The notes under the pieces were generated by a model. That model was not told the origin of the DNA and did not search any database. It worked only from the letters and a program-made list of their open reading frames with translations. A program made the position numbers and the translations under genes. Positions 30,781-39,819 of a stretch of DNA of 64,000 bases are shown here, piece by piece (within the stretch, counting starts at the first letter, position 1; each line of letters starts with the position of its first letter). This stretch comes from SAR202 cluster bacterium (GTDB lineage Bacteria > Chloroflexota > Dehalococcoidia > Lucifugimonadales > GCA-2719675), in assembly GCA_009392295.1 (NCBI GenBank), contig VFGW01000017.1, forward strand, positions 59,933 to 123,932, written 5' to 3'.

Positions 30781-31480
30781 TATGTTCCTGCTTGGTTCCC
30801 TTCTCAACTTTTTTAAGGTAAATTACATTCGGCTCGGTTCCTAATTCTTCTAGCATTTTATAACTACGTTTTTTGCCTTTTGATTTTACTTTAGATATTT
30901 TGCTTTCTGGATCGTTTAAATTTCCAAAAACTAAAGCGTCGGTAGCACAAGCATTTGTACAAGCTGGATTTAAATCTCTCTCAGTAGATTCAGAATTTTT
31001 TGAAAATCGCCTAATTCTTTGTATACAAAATGTGCATTTTTCCATAATTCCGCGACTTCTGACTGTCACATCAGGATTGAGTTGATTTTTAAAGCTTTCA
31101 GGCCATTCAGGTTCCCAGAAATTAAAGAATCTAACTGTATATGGGCAGTTGTTAGCACAAAATCTAGTGCCAATACATCTGTTATAAACTTGTACGTTTA
31201 ATCCTTGATCATTATGGTAAGTTGCTAAAACAGGGCAGACTGGTTCACAAGGAGCTTCGTCGCAATGTTGACATAATACAGGAACATAGCGTGCTCTGAC
31301 ATTTGGGAATTCTCCTTCCCAATACCTTTCAATTCTTATCCATTCAATTGCTCTACGTTGGTTGAATATGTCTTCTGTGTTAATAGGTATGTTGTTTTCA
31401 GATTGGCAAGCAACTACACAAGATTGACATCCTGTACATTTATCTAAATCTATTACCATTCCCCACTTATTTTCAGGCAT
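30770..31480 (-). CDS. 4Fe-4S ferredoxin-type subunit (ActB2 / PsrB-NrfC-like)
   Basis: Cys clusters CTGCQSCVVAC, CQHCDEAPCEPVCP and CIGTRFCANNCP, plus CTFC and CTNAC. Confidence 0.8.
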   Translation of the reverse strand: MPENKWGMVIDLDKCTGCQSCVVACQSENNIPINTEDIFNQRRAIEWIRIERYWEGEFPNVRARYVPVLCQHCDEAPCEPVCPVLATYHNDQGLNVQVYNRCIGTRFCANNCPYTVRFFNFWEPEWPESFKNQLNPDVTVRSRGIMEKCTFCIQRIRRFSKNSESTERDLNPACTNACATDALVFGNLNDPESKISKVKSKGKKRSYKMLEELGTEPNVIYLKKVEKGTKQEHNVH

Positions 31481-31509
31481 ATGATTGTTTCTCCGTATAA
31501 TTTTTTAAA

Positions 31510-33798
31510 TTAGTGATGATGTTTACCTTCTCCATCTCCGTCGATTTTGATCACTTTTCTTTCAGGATCTTGAGGTATTTCTCCCCCTAATTCATTTTCT
31601 AATTGAGGTAATTTTTTCCAATTTCCAGTTTTAGAAATTTTGACCTTTGTTGCAGACCAAGCTAATGCTCCAGTGTTATCGTCTTTTGATGCGTCAAGTA
31701 TGGATAACACATTAGCACCTCTATTTTTTGCATAACGTCCCATTGAAGTATGTCCTTGTCCAACAGGTACACATATTGTGTTAGGAGCAGACGCGGGATT
31801 AGGGTAAGCGATAGCTTCAATGCTTACTCCGTTTTGGTTAGTAATTTTAATTATGTCGCCTTCTGTAATATCTAACTTGGTAGCATCTTTTAGGTTGATT
31901 TCAACCCAAGTAGACCATGTTGCAGTTGAAATTGGATCTGGAAGTGCTTGTAACCAAGGAAGATTAGCTCCTGAGCCATCAGATATTCCATTTGAAACAA
32001 AAGGAATTAAATGAAAATCATACTCAGGGGTATTATTAAATTTAGCTGTTGTTAATTTTTTGAATTTGGGAGGTTTGTTGATTTTATTTTTAAAGGTATT
32101 ATTAATATCCCACCAACCGCCTCTTTGCAAAAGACCGATCCAAAATGCTTTTTCAGTTTGAGCTTGTACAGAGCCTCTTTTGAGCTTAAATAGTTTTTTA
32201 GAATCTTCGAGGATTAAATCTTTAATAGAGTCTGATTCAACATTTATGTCTAAATCCATAGTTTTGGAAATTGATATAAGTGAATCTGAGAAGCTTTTAT
32301 TTCCATAATGTCTACCTTTAGACTCAAAAAATGGCCTTACCACAGGTTGCTGAAAACCTATAGTTTGATATCCAGGCCCAGGATCTGGAATATTAGATCC
32401 CCATTCTTCTAATGGATCTCCTTGTGGTAAGATCAGGTCTGCCATAGATGCAGTATCATCCATATGTTCAGAAAAACTTACAACCAAAGGGACTCTTCGG
32501 GTAGAAGATAAAGTTTCTCTGAATTTAAGGCTGGCCGGCAAGCCGTAAACAGGGTCAACATTTGAAGTTAAGAAAATACTTATTTGACCTTTTTGCATGT
32601 CATTTGCAACTTTTTCCCATTCAGAGAAACTACTAGATATTTCTCTGTTGATCAAATCTGGAAGAGCAGGTTTTGGTTGGAATATGACTCCTCCTTTTTT
32701 ACCAACATTATCAGCCAAATAGTTTAGTGAATAAATAGCAGATAAAGAATCAGCTCCATTAGTATGCGAACCTGCTGTATCCCCGCCAATAGCTAAGCTT
32801 GGTGAATGTTCCATGAATTCATTAGCTATATTGACAATTTTGTCGGGAGTTAAATAAGGGCTAATAATTTGACATACCTTATCTGGGCTATAATCTGCAA
32901 GATCAAATTTGCCATTTTCGGTTAAACTTTCTACATTAGGCTGCGGACCAAGTTTTTGCCTTATTATTACTGAAGCAATTGACATTGCAAGTAAGCCTTC
33001 AGTGCCAGGGTTAACGTAAATCCACTCATCTGCATTTGCAGATGTCATTGAATATCGAGAACTAATGTGAACCATTTTACCTCTATGATCAGTGCCTTGC
33101 CTGAAATGTCCAAAATCTCTTGAATATTTTGTGGGTGAAATCCAACTTTCAAGGAAATCAGCACCAAAAGACAGGAGGTATTTTGTATTTTTAATGTCAA
33201 AATCAGGAATTTGTTCTTGATTAAAGACATGCTTGATTGCAGATCTTAAATTCGTTGATTCGATTGGTTCATAAATTAAATTTTTACACCCTAGAGCATT
33301 TGAAAAATTATTAAGAATCAATTGTGCGTGACCGCTGATTCTGTTGTTTGCGATTAAAATGGAAGATTTATCTTCTACATTGGAAATTTGTTCTGAAACT
33401 CTTGCTATAGCGTCAGTCCAGCTAATTTGCTCCCATTTACCTGAGCCCCTAGGGCCTATTCTGACTAGGGGGCTAGATATACGATCCGGATTATATAAAG
33501 ATTGAAGAGTTGCTTCAGTTCTAGGGAAGTGTTTTCCCTGGTTTATAGGATGATCAATATTCCCTTCGACTTTTTTTGCTCGACCTTCCATAACCCTTAC
33601 TACAACTCCGTCTGTAGCAGGAGTAGTATTAATTGAAGTAGCATACCAATTATCTATACCTGTAACTAGATCTTCTGGCATTTCGAAAGGTGCTTGGATA
33701 ATTAATTCTTTTTCAGGGACACCGCAAGCTTGAAAAACAACAGCACCAATAGCTGTTCCGCCAAGCAATCCTAAAAATTTTCTTCTTGATGTAGTCAA
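31510..33798 (-). CDS. molybdopterin-oxidoreductase-fold subunit with Tat signal (ActB1-like)
   Basis: 762 aa with the twin-arginine motif TSRRKFLGLLGG followed by AVVFQACG. DMSO-reductase-family-like sequence, sitting between the pentaheme and Fe-S genes. Confidence 0.8.
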   Translation of the reverse strand: MTTSRRKFLGLLGGTAIGAVVFQACGVPEKELIIQAPFEMPEDLVTGIDNWYATSINTTPATDGVVVRVMEGRAKKVEGNIDHPINQGKHFPRTEATLQSLYNPDRISSPLVRIGPRGSGKWEQISWTDAIARVSEQISNVEDKSSILIANNRISGHAQLILNNFSNALGCKNLIYEPIESTNLRSAIKHVFNQEQIPDFDIKNTKYLLSFGADFLESWISPTKYSRDFGHFRQGTDHRGKMVHISSRYSMTSANADEWIYVNPGTEGLLAMSIASVIIRQKLGPQPNVESLTENGKFDLADYSPDKVCQIISPYLTPDKIVNIANEFMEHSPSLAIGGDTAGSHTNGADSLSAIYSLNYLADNVGKKGGVIFQPKPALPDLINREISSSFSEWEKVANDMQKGQISIFLTSNVDPVYGLPASLKFRETLSSTRRVPLVVSFSEHMDDTASMADLILPQGDPLEEWGSNIPDPGPGYQTIGFQQPVVRPFFESKGRHYGNKSFSDSLISISKTMDLDINVESDSIKDLILEDSKKLFKLKRGSVQAQTEKAFWIGLLQRGGWWDINNTFKNKINKPPKFKKLTTAKFNNTPEYDFHLIPFVSNGISDGSGANLPWLQALPDPISTATWSTWVEINLKDATKLDITEGDIIKITNQNGVSIEAIAYPNPASAPNTICVPVGQGHTSMGRYAKNRGANVLSILDASKDDNTGALAWSATKVKISKTGNWKKLPQLENELGGEIPQDPERKVIKIDGDGEGKHHH

Positions 33799-33824
33799 CT
33801 AATTCCCTTTGTTGATGTTAATTG

Positions 33825-34433
33825 TTAGTAATGACAAGTTGTACAATCTGTTGGTCCGTCATTTTTCTTGTGGCAATCGATACAATCTCCCATTTTTAAT
33901 TCTCGTGCTTGCCTGACTTTTTCCATTTCAGTTACATTGCCATGGCATATTGTACAAGTTTCAGATGGGGCTACATTATTTTTTTCAGAAAAATGTTTTA
34001 CATGGGCTTCGTGTATGAAATGGGCATGGTCTGGAACACGATGCACTCGAATCCAATCTATGGTTCCTTTAGACGCATAGATAGAACGTAATTTTTCGAT
34101 CTCTTCTAAATCATCACCTACACTTTTATGGCAAGTCATGCACAAAGTAACCGAAGGCACAGATGCTGATGCCTCTGATGTTACGGTTCTATGACAAAAT
34201 GTACAATCAAGACCTAATTCCTCAACATGAGTTTTGTGAGGAAATTTTATGGGTTGATCGGGACCTTCATTAAGGCCAAAAACGTCTAAAGGTAATCCAA
34301 GCCAGGCAGATAAAATAAAAGAAACTAATGTTATTGCAGCGGCTAAACCAATTAAACCTACTAAAGATATAATTATGAGATAGGTAACATTTTTTTTGTT
34401 ACGTTTGGGGAATTGAAAATCGCCTGGAATCAA
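33825..34433 (-). CDS. membrane-anchored pentaheme cytochrome c (ActA-like)
   Basis: N-terminal TM helix and five CxxCH motifs (CTFCH, CMTCH, CTICH, CIDCH, CTTCH). Confidence 0.8.
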   Translation of the reverse strand: MIPGDFQFPKRNKKNVTYLIIISLVGLIGLAAAITLVSFILSAWLGLPLDVFGLNEGPDQPIKFPHKTHVEELGLDCTFCHRTVTSEASASVPSVTLCMTCHKSVGDDLEEIEKLRSIYASKGTIDWIRVHRVPDHAHFIHEAHVKHFSEKNNVAPSETCTICHGNVTEMEKVRQARELKMGDCIDCHKKNDGPTDCTTCHY

Positions 34434-34468
34434 ATTAATTTAACCTCGATAAAGTTTTTAAATATTTA

Positions 34469-34804
34469 TTAAATCCAAATAGCATTATAGATTTCCTTTA
34501 CAACAGGAAGCGCACTGAAGGCTGTATATAGAAGATAAATTAAAGCAAACGAACTGATGATGCATATTGCATAGCATGTTTTTTGAATTTTTAGTAAAAA
34601 TGAAACAAATTTGGGATTTTCTAGCTTTGCTCCGTTTATTACGGATAAAGGGCTGTCTCCAGAATCAACAAGAGAAGGAATAAAAATATATCCAACCAAT
34701 AAATTTGTTGCAATAATTATTACAACACCTACTGAATAAAACATAAAGTGTAAAAATTGACTAATTTCAGCCCAATGAGAACCTGTAACAGTAATTGGAT
34801 CCAT
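34469..34804 (-). CDS. hypothetical small membrane protein upstream of actA-like gene
   Basis: 111 aa with two hydrophobic segments, on the same strand 35 nt upstream of the pentaheme gene. I recognise no family. Confidence 0.4.
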   Translation of the reverse strand: MDPITVTGSHWAEISQFLHFMFYSVGVVIIIATNLLVGYIFIPSLVDSGDSPLSVINGAKLENPKFVSFLLKIQKTCYAICIISSFALIYLLYTAFSALPVVKEIYNAIWI

Positions 34805-35104
34805 TAAATATACCTAGATTTATTTCCTTTGTAATTTAAAGTTGAATTTAAAAATGTAAATAATACAAATAACTTCAACAGGGAACAATTCTATAAATAT
34901 TGGATCAAAGTGTCAATTCAAATTTGGGAATTTAAATTGGTAAAATTACTATAAATTATTCAAACTTTTTACTAGTGATCTTTTTGTATCAAATTAGATG
35001 GTGTAACATTTTATCTTGCACACAAGGACATAAGGATATAAATGAAGGAATTAATTATGATGTGTTACAATTCAAACCAAAGTTATTGGATATACATTTA
35101 AATT

Positions 35105-36274
35105 ATGAAAGAAGCCGTAATTGTAAGTGGAGTAAGAACTGCGATCGGGAGATTTGGTGGGATTTTCAAAGATGTTTCTGCTCCTGTTTTAGGAGCAGCT
35201 GCAATTAAAAGGGCAGTAGAGAATTCGGGTGTCAATCTTAAAGATGTTGATGAAGTAGTTTTTGGTAATTCTATACAGGGCGCTGAAGCTGGATATGCTG
35301 CTAGGATGTCTTCTTTATTGTCAGGGTTGCCTCAGGAAGTTCCAGCAGTTGCAATCAATAGACAATGTGCATCAGGGCTTGAGGCAATAAACATAGCAGC
35401 TCAGTTAATAATCTCTAATCAAGCAGAGATAGTTGTAGCTGGTGGCACGGAAAGTATGAGTCAAGCTCCATTTTTAAATACATATCAATCTAGGTTTGGC
35501 GGGCATAGTACAAATTCAGATGCATTGATGAATTCAATTTCGTGTCCGGTAAATCAATATCAAATGGGTGTTACTGCTGAGAATATAGCAAGTAAATATA
35601 AAATTTCCAGAGAAGAGCAGGATCATTATGCTTTAGAAAGTCAGCGAAGGGCAATTGATGCTATTAAGAATTCAAAATTTAAGCAACAAATCGTAGGAGT
35701 AACGGTTTCTACCGAGTCGGGAGAAAAAGTTGTTGATCAAGATGAATGTCCTAGAACTGATTCTACTATAGAAAAATTAATTAATTTGCCCCCAGTATTT
35801 CAAGAAAACGGAACGGTGACTGCGGGAAATTCTTCTGTTATTAGCGATGGAGCAGCAGCGGTTGTTATGATGTCGTTGGATTTGTGTAGAAATTTGGGTA
35901 TTGAGCCGCAGTTAAAATGGATCAGTAGGGGCGTTGCAGGTGTTGATCCAGCTTTAATGGGCACTGGGCCTGTTCCTGCGTTGCGCAAGTCAATTTTGTC
36001 CGCAGGATTGAATATAGATGACCTAGATTTGATTGAATTAAATGAAGCATTCGCTGCGCAATCTATTTATTGCATAAGAGAATTAGGGCTAGATATTGAA
36101 AAAACTAATGTTAATGGTAGTGGAATAAGTTTAGGACACCCTATAGGCGCAACTGGTGCAATATTAGTGGTTAAATTAATGGAAGAAATGAATACAAAAA
36201 ATTATTTATATGGAGCGGCCTCGTTGTGTGTTGGTGGAGGACAGGGAGTATCTAGTGTTTTTGAAAATATTTGA
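35105..36274 (+). CDS. acetyl-CoA C-acetyltransferase (thiolase II)
   Basis: Active-site regions NRQCASGLEA, GHPIGATG and CVGGGQGV. 389 aa. Confidence 0.9.
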   Translation: MKEAVIVSGVRTAIGRFGGIFKDVSAPVLGAAAIKRAVENSGVNLKDVDEVVFGNSIQGAEAGYAARMSSLLSGLPQEVPAVAINRQCASGLEAINIAAQLIISNQAEIVVAGGTESMSQAPFLNTYQSRFGGHSTNSDALMNSISCPVNQYQMGVTAENIASKYKISREEQDHYALESQRRAIDAIKNSKFKQQIVGVTVSTESGEKVVDQDECPRTDSTIEKLINLPPVFQENGTVTAGNSSVISDGAAAVVMMSLDLCRNLGIEPQLKWISRGVAGVDPALMGTGPVPALRKSILSAGLNIDDLDLIELNEAFAAQSIYCIRELGLDIEKTNVNGSGISLGHPIGATGAILVVKLMEEMNTKNYLYGAASLCVGGGQGVSSVFENI

Positions 36275-36351
36275 GATTTGATTGTCTGGATTCGCCTGTA
36301 CAGAGACTGAAAAGGGTGTTTTTAAGAAAAATATGTAATTTAAGGTGGATT

Positions 36352-37515
36352 ATGAAAATTGTTAAAGTAAATCCAATTTGTATTAAAGGACAAACGGGAA
36401 GAGCTCAAATAATTGTTAAAGTAGATACGGATGTTGGAATGTATGGACTTGGAGAAGCTGGGATTCCAAATTGGGGGAAATCTGTAATAGAAGCAATTAA
36501 TCATTTGTCTGAGTTGCTTATTGGTAAAGATCCATTTCAAACAGAAAGATTGTGGCAGGATATGTTTAGGAGAGGGTTTTTTCCTGCTGATAGAGTTTAT
36601 TCATCTGCAATTAGTGCGTTAGATATAGCCCTTTGGGATATAAAAGGGAAGGCAACAGAATTACCAGTATATAAGCTGTTAGGAGGTCCGCTGAGAGATA
36701 AAATTGTATGTTATACACATTGTAATGATGCTGGTAACACAGAAAAATTAATTCAAAGTTGCGGGGAAAAAATTGAACAAGGCTGGAAGTTTTTGAGATG
36801 GAGCCAGCCTGTTTCAGGAGATGTTAATTCTCAAGGAAGTAGCATTTTTGATCCTTTAGAGTCAATTGATTTAGTTGAAAGCCAAGTAGATCAAGTTAGG
36901 AAAATTTATGGAAAAAAGATCCAAATTTGTTTAGATGTACATACAAGATTAGATACAGCAAATTCAATTACATTGTTTAAAGTTTTAGAAAAATATCGTT
37001 TGTTTTTTATTGAAGATCCACTAAGAGCGGAAAGTTCTAGGAGTTATAGGACTTTGTCTAAATATTCAACTACACCTATTGCAGCTGGTGAGCAATGGGT
37101 GGGTAAATGGGGTTTCAGAGAAGCTGTTGAAGAAGAATTAATTCAATATGCAAGAATTGATTTATGTATTGTAGGTGGATTAACAGAATCTTTAAAGATT
37201 GCACATTGGTGCGAAGCTCATTATATTGATATTGTCCCTCACAACCCTTGGGGACCTATTAGTTCAGCTGCTTGTGCAGCATTGTGTATGTCTGTAACTA
37301 ACGTGGGGGTATTAGAAATGCCAGAGATTCCGGGTAGTTTGGATCAAGATATTTTCCCAGTTCAATTAATTTGGGATAAAGGATATGCTATTCCCCAAGA
37401 CGTCCCTGGATTAGGCGTTGAAATAGACATGGATGTTGCTGAAAAATATCAAGTAACTCCTAATTCTTGGCACCCTAATCTTGTTAGGAAGGATGGTTCG
37501 TTGACGAATTGGTAG
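36352..37515 (+). CDS. enolase-superfamily enzyme (mandelate racemase/muconate lactonizing family, sugar-acid dehydratase-like)
   Basis: MKIVKV... N-terminal capping domain, GLGEAG, a barrel with CLDVH, FIEDP and AAGEQ metal-ligand-type segments. ATG 36352 follows AAGGTGG. The track start at 36271 overlaps the thiolase end. Confidence 0.8.
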   Translation: MKIVKVNPICIKGQTGRAQIIVKVDTDVGMYGLGEAGIPNWGKSVIEAINHLSELLIGKDPFQTERLWQDMFRRGFFPADRVYSSAISALDIALWDIKGKATELPVYKLLGGPLRDKIVCYTHCNDAGNTEKLIQSCGEKIEQGWKFLRWSQPVSGDVNSQGSSIFDPLESIDLVESQVDQVRKIYGKKIQICLDVHTRLDTANSITLFKVLEKYRLFFIEDPLRAESSRSYRTLSKYSTTPIAAGEQWVGKWGFREAVEEELIQYARIDLCIVGGLTESLKIAHWCEAHYIDIVPHNPWGPISSAACAALCMSVTNVGVLEMPEIPGSLDQDIFPVQLIWDKGYAIPQDVPGLGVEIDMDVAEKYQVTPNSWHPNLVRKDGSLTNW

Positions 37516-37575
37516 ACGGAGTATTACATTTGTAGTAAATTTTATACTAGCATTTTTGTTAACGGAGACGGCAAC

Positions 37576-38262
37576 ATGAAAAACATTTCAATCTCTGAAA
37601 TTTTTTGGATTTTTTCTTTTATTTTTTTGATTACTAGTTTGGGAATAGTTTTTATGTGGGCCCCAACTGATGTAAATCTTGGTGTTTCTCAAAAAATATT
37701 TTACTTACATCTTCCAACTGCAATATTAGGAATGATTAGCATAGTGATTGTTGCTTTTTTAAGTATTTTGTATCTTCTTAATTCCGAAAATAATAAATGG
37801 GATGATTTAGCATACTCATTTGCTGAAGTTGGCATGATATTTCTCACAATTGCATTAATTAGCGGGTCGTTATGGTCAAAGCCTGCTTGGGGAGTATGGT
37901 GGACATGGGAACCAAAATTAACTTTAACTTTAGCATTATGGTTTGTTTATGTTGCTTATTTGATGATGAGATCCTATATGTCTGATTTAAGAAATGAGGC
38001 GAAATTTGGAGCAATAGTTGCGTTAATTGGATCTATAGATGCACCTTTGATATACTATGCAACTGAACTTTGGCGATCAGCACATCCAGGTGCTGTTGTG
38101 GGACCCAATGCAGAACCTGGAGCGTTAGACGAAAGAATGTTTTTAGCATTGATTTTATCATTTATCGCTTTTTCGTTTATGTTCATATTTTTTGTTTCTA
38201 ACAGATATTTTTTGAGAAAAACTGAAACAAGAATGAATATGATGGTTAGGAAATTAAATTGA
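37576..38262 (+). CDS. ccmC: heme exporter protein C (System I cytochrome c maturation)
   Basis: Trp-rich signature WGVWWTWEPKLT, conserved His contexts (YLHLPTA, SAHPG) and six TM segments. Confidence 0.85.
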   Translation: MKNISISEIFWIFSFIFLITSLGIVFMWAPTDVNLGVSQKIFYLHLPTAILGMISIVIVAFLSILYLLNSENNKWDDLAYSFAEVGMIFLTIALISGSLWSKPAWGVWWTWEPKLTLTLALWFVYVAYLMMRSYMSDLRNEAKFGAIVALIGSIDAPLIYYATELWRSAHPGAVVGPNAEPGALDERMFLALILSFIAFSFMFIFFVSNRYFLRKTETRMNMMVRKLN

Positions 38263-38283
38263 TTATTTTATTGGAGGTTTAAA

Positions 38284-38421
38284 TTGGAATATTTTGCTGC
38301 GGCATATTTAATTGCAGGGTTTGTTTTTTTTGGATATTCCTTTATTTTGTCGAGAAAAATAAAAGATTTAAAAAATGACATTCAAGAGTTACAGATTCGT
38401 ATAGAGGAAAATTCTTCATGA
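38284..38421 (+). CDS. CcmD-like small membrane protein (45 codons, below the ORF-track cutoff)
   Basis: TTG start 6 nt after GGAGG (38273..38277). The product is (M)EYFAAAYLIAGFVFFGYSFILSRKIKDLKNDIQELQIRIEENSS, with one TM segment. Its stop overlaps the ccmE start as ATGA, and it occupies the position between ccmC and ccmE. Confidence 0.4.
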   Translation: MEYFAAAYLIAGFVFFGYSFILSRKIKDLKNDIQELQIRIEENSS

Positions 38422-38876
38422 ACAAACCTGAATCATTTGAAGAAAATTTAGATTTTCGCGAACAAGAAATTAGTTTCATTTATACACACAGAATTAAGCT
38501 GGTTGTTGCTGTTTTGGTGTTAGTTTTAGCCGTAGGGTATTTAGCCTTTAACGCATGGGATAGTGCAAAAGTTTACTATTACACTGTAGCAGAAATAAAA
38601 GAAATTGGCCCAACTACTGAAGGGCAATTTGTCAGGGTAAGCGGAAAATTAATTGAGGGTTCTTTTGAAAGAGTTCAAAATACTACCTTGGCGTCTTTTA
38701 TACTTACTGATGGATCCGAAACTGTTCAGGCGATACATCAAGGTATAATTCCAGACCTCTTTTTCAATGAACATTCTGAAATAATTTTAGAAGGTAGGTA
38801 TACTCAAGATAATATTTTTGAGAGTAATAACATTATAGTTAAATGTCCTTCAAAATATATTGCATCTTCAAGTTGA
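38418..38876 (+). CDS. ccmE: cytochrome c maturation heme chaperone CcmE, CxxxY variant
   Basis: N-terminal TM anchor and an OB-fold pattern (FVRVSGKLIEGSF, GIIPDLF). The C-terminal VKCPSKY aligns with the canonical AKHDENY, so Cys (38844..38846) replaces the heme-binding His. Confidence 0.8.
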   Translation: MNKPESFEENLDFREQEISFIYTHRIKLVVAVLVLVLAVGYLAFNAWDSAKVYYYTVAEIKEIGPTTEGQFVRVSGKLIEGSFERVQNTTLASFILTDGSETVQAIHQGIIPDLFFNEHSEIILEGRYTQDNIFESNNIIVKCPSKYIASSS

Positions 38877-38880
38877 AATA

Positions 38881-39792
38881 TCAGGGCAAATTGATTTTTG
38901 AGCTTATGTTAGATTCAAACTGAGTCATTTCTGAAAGAGTTTCTTTTGGCCAACTTCTATTCCATTTATCTACCACAGAAACTTTTAATTTTTCTAATCC
39001 TGTGATTTCCATTTCAATTTGGTCTCCATTTTGAATAGGTCCTAATCCGGTGTGATTTGTGCCAGTGGAGACCACATCTCCTGCCTGTAGAGTTGTTACC
39101 CAAGAAGCAAATTCTAGTACTTCGTTGACCGATCTTCCCATATCACTAGTATGAACATCTTGTCTTATTTTGTTGTTCACCCATAATCTTATTCTCAAGT
39201 TTTGAGGGTTTTTAATCTCGTCTTTAGTAACAATGCAAGGGCCCATTGGGCCGAAGGTGTCCCAAGATTTTCCCCAAAAAAAACTATTATTTCCGTTTGG
39301 TTCAATTCCTCTTGCAGAAATATCCATGAAGTTCACGTATCCAAAAATATGGTCTAGGGCTGAGTTAGGAGAAATATTTTTTGTTGTTTTTCCTATTACT
39401 ACACCCAGTTCTGCTTCATGATGGAATACTGGAGCTGGGCAATCTGGCAATATTACTTCTCCACCATGTCCTATTACAGAACTTGGGGATTTTAAAAATG
39501 CATCGCGATCTCCGACCAATGATCGTGATCCATTTTCTAAATAATTTCCAGCCATACATACCAAGCGTTTTGGTTCTGGAAGCGGAGCCTTTAACTGAAC
39601 ATCGTCAATTTTAATTTTTGGTGAAGAGATTTTTTGAATTACATCTTTATAAGATTCAAATTCTTTGATAATTCCAGACATTAAAGTTTGTCCATCAATA
39701 CAAGGAATATCAGAAACTGCTTCAGAGATATCTATTACATAGTCTCCGTCAATAATTCCAGGTATATCTTGATTGAATAGAACGAATTTCAT
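38881..39792 (-). CDS. fumarylacetoacetate hydrolase (FAH) family protein
   Basis: 303 aa with the FAH C-terminal domain pattern (HEAELGVVIGK, IFGYVNFMDISAR, GDVVSTGT). Confidence 0.8.
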   Translation of the reverse strand: MKFVLFNQDIPGIIDGDYVIDISEAVSDIPCIDGQTLMSGIIKEFESYKDVIQKISSPKIKIDDVQLKAPLPEPKRLVCMAGNYLENGSRSLVGDRDAFLKSPSSVIGHGGEVILPDCPAPVFHHEAELGVVIGKTTKNISPNSALDHIFGYVNFMDISARGIEPNGNNSFFWGKSWDTFGPMGPCIVTKDEIKNPQNLRIRLWVNNKIRQDVHTSDMGRSVNEVLEFASWVTTLQAGDVVSTGTNHTGLGPIQNGDQIEMEITGLEKLKVSVVDKWNRSWPKETLSEMTQFESNISSKINLP

Positions 39793-39819
39793 TAAAGGCT
39801 CCGGTTGTATTTAGATTTG

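Noticed and set aside
31513-31521. C-terminal HHH on the ActB1-like protein (and HH on AtpB) as a hint of an engineered His-tag.
   Set aside because: There are only two or three His, encoded by mixed CAC/CAT codons in native context with no vector-like sequence. I judge it natural.
34975-35208. 77-aa plus-strand ORF overlapping the thiolase start.
   Set aside because: It is in a different frame from the well-supported thiolase gene, is Cys/Trp-rich with no family features, and lies partly in a promoter region.
36271-36351. N-terminal extension of the enolase-superfamily gene.
   Set aside because: It overlaps the thiolase stop. AAGGTGG precedes ATG 36352, and MKIVKV is the normal start of the capping domain.
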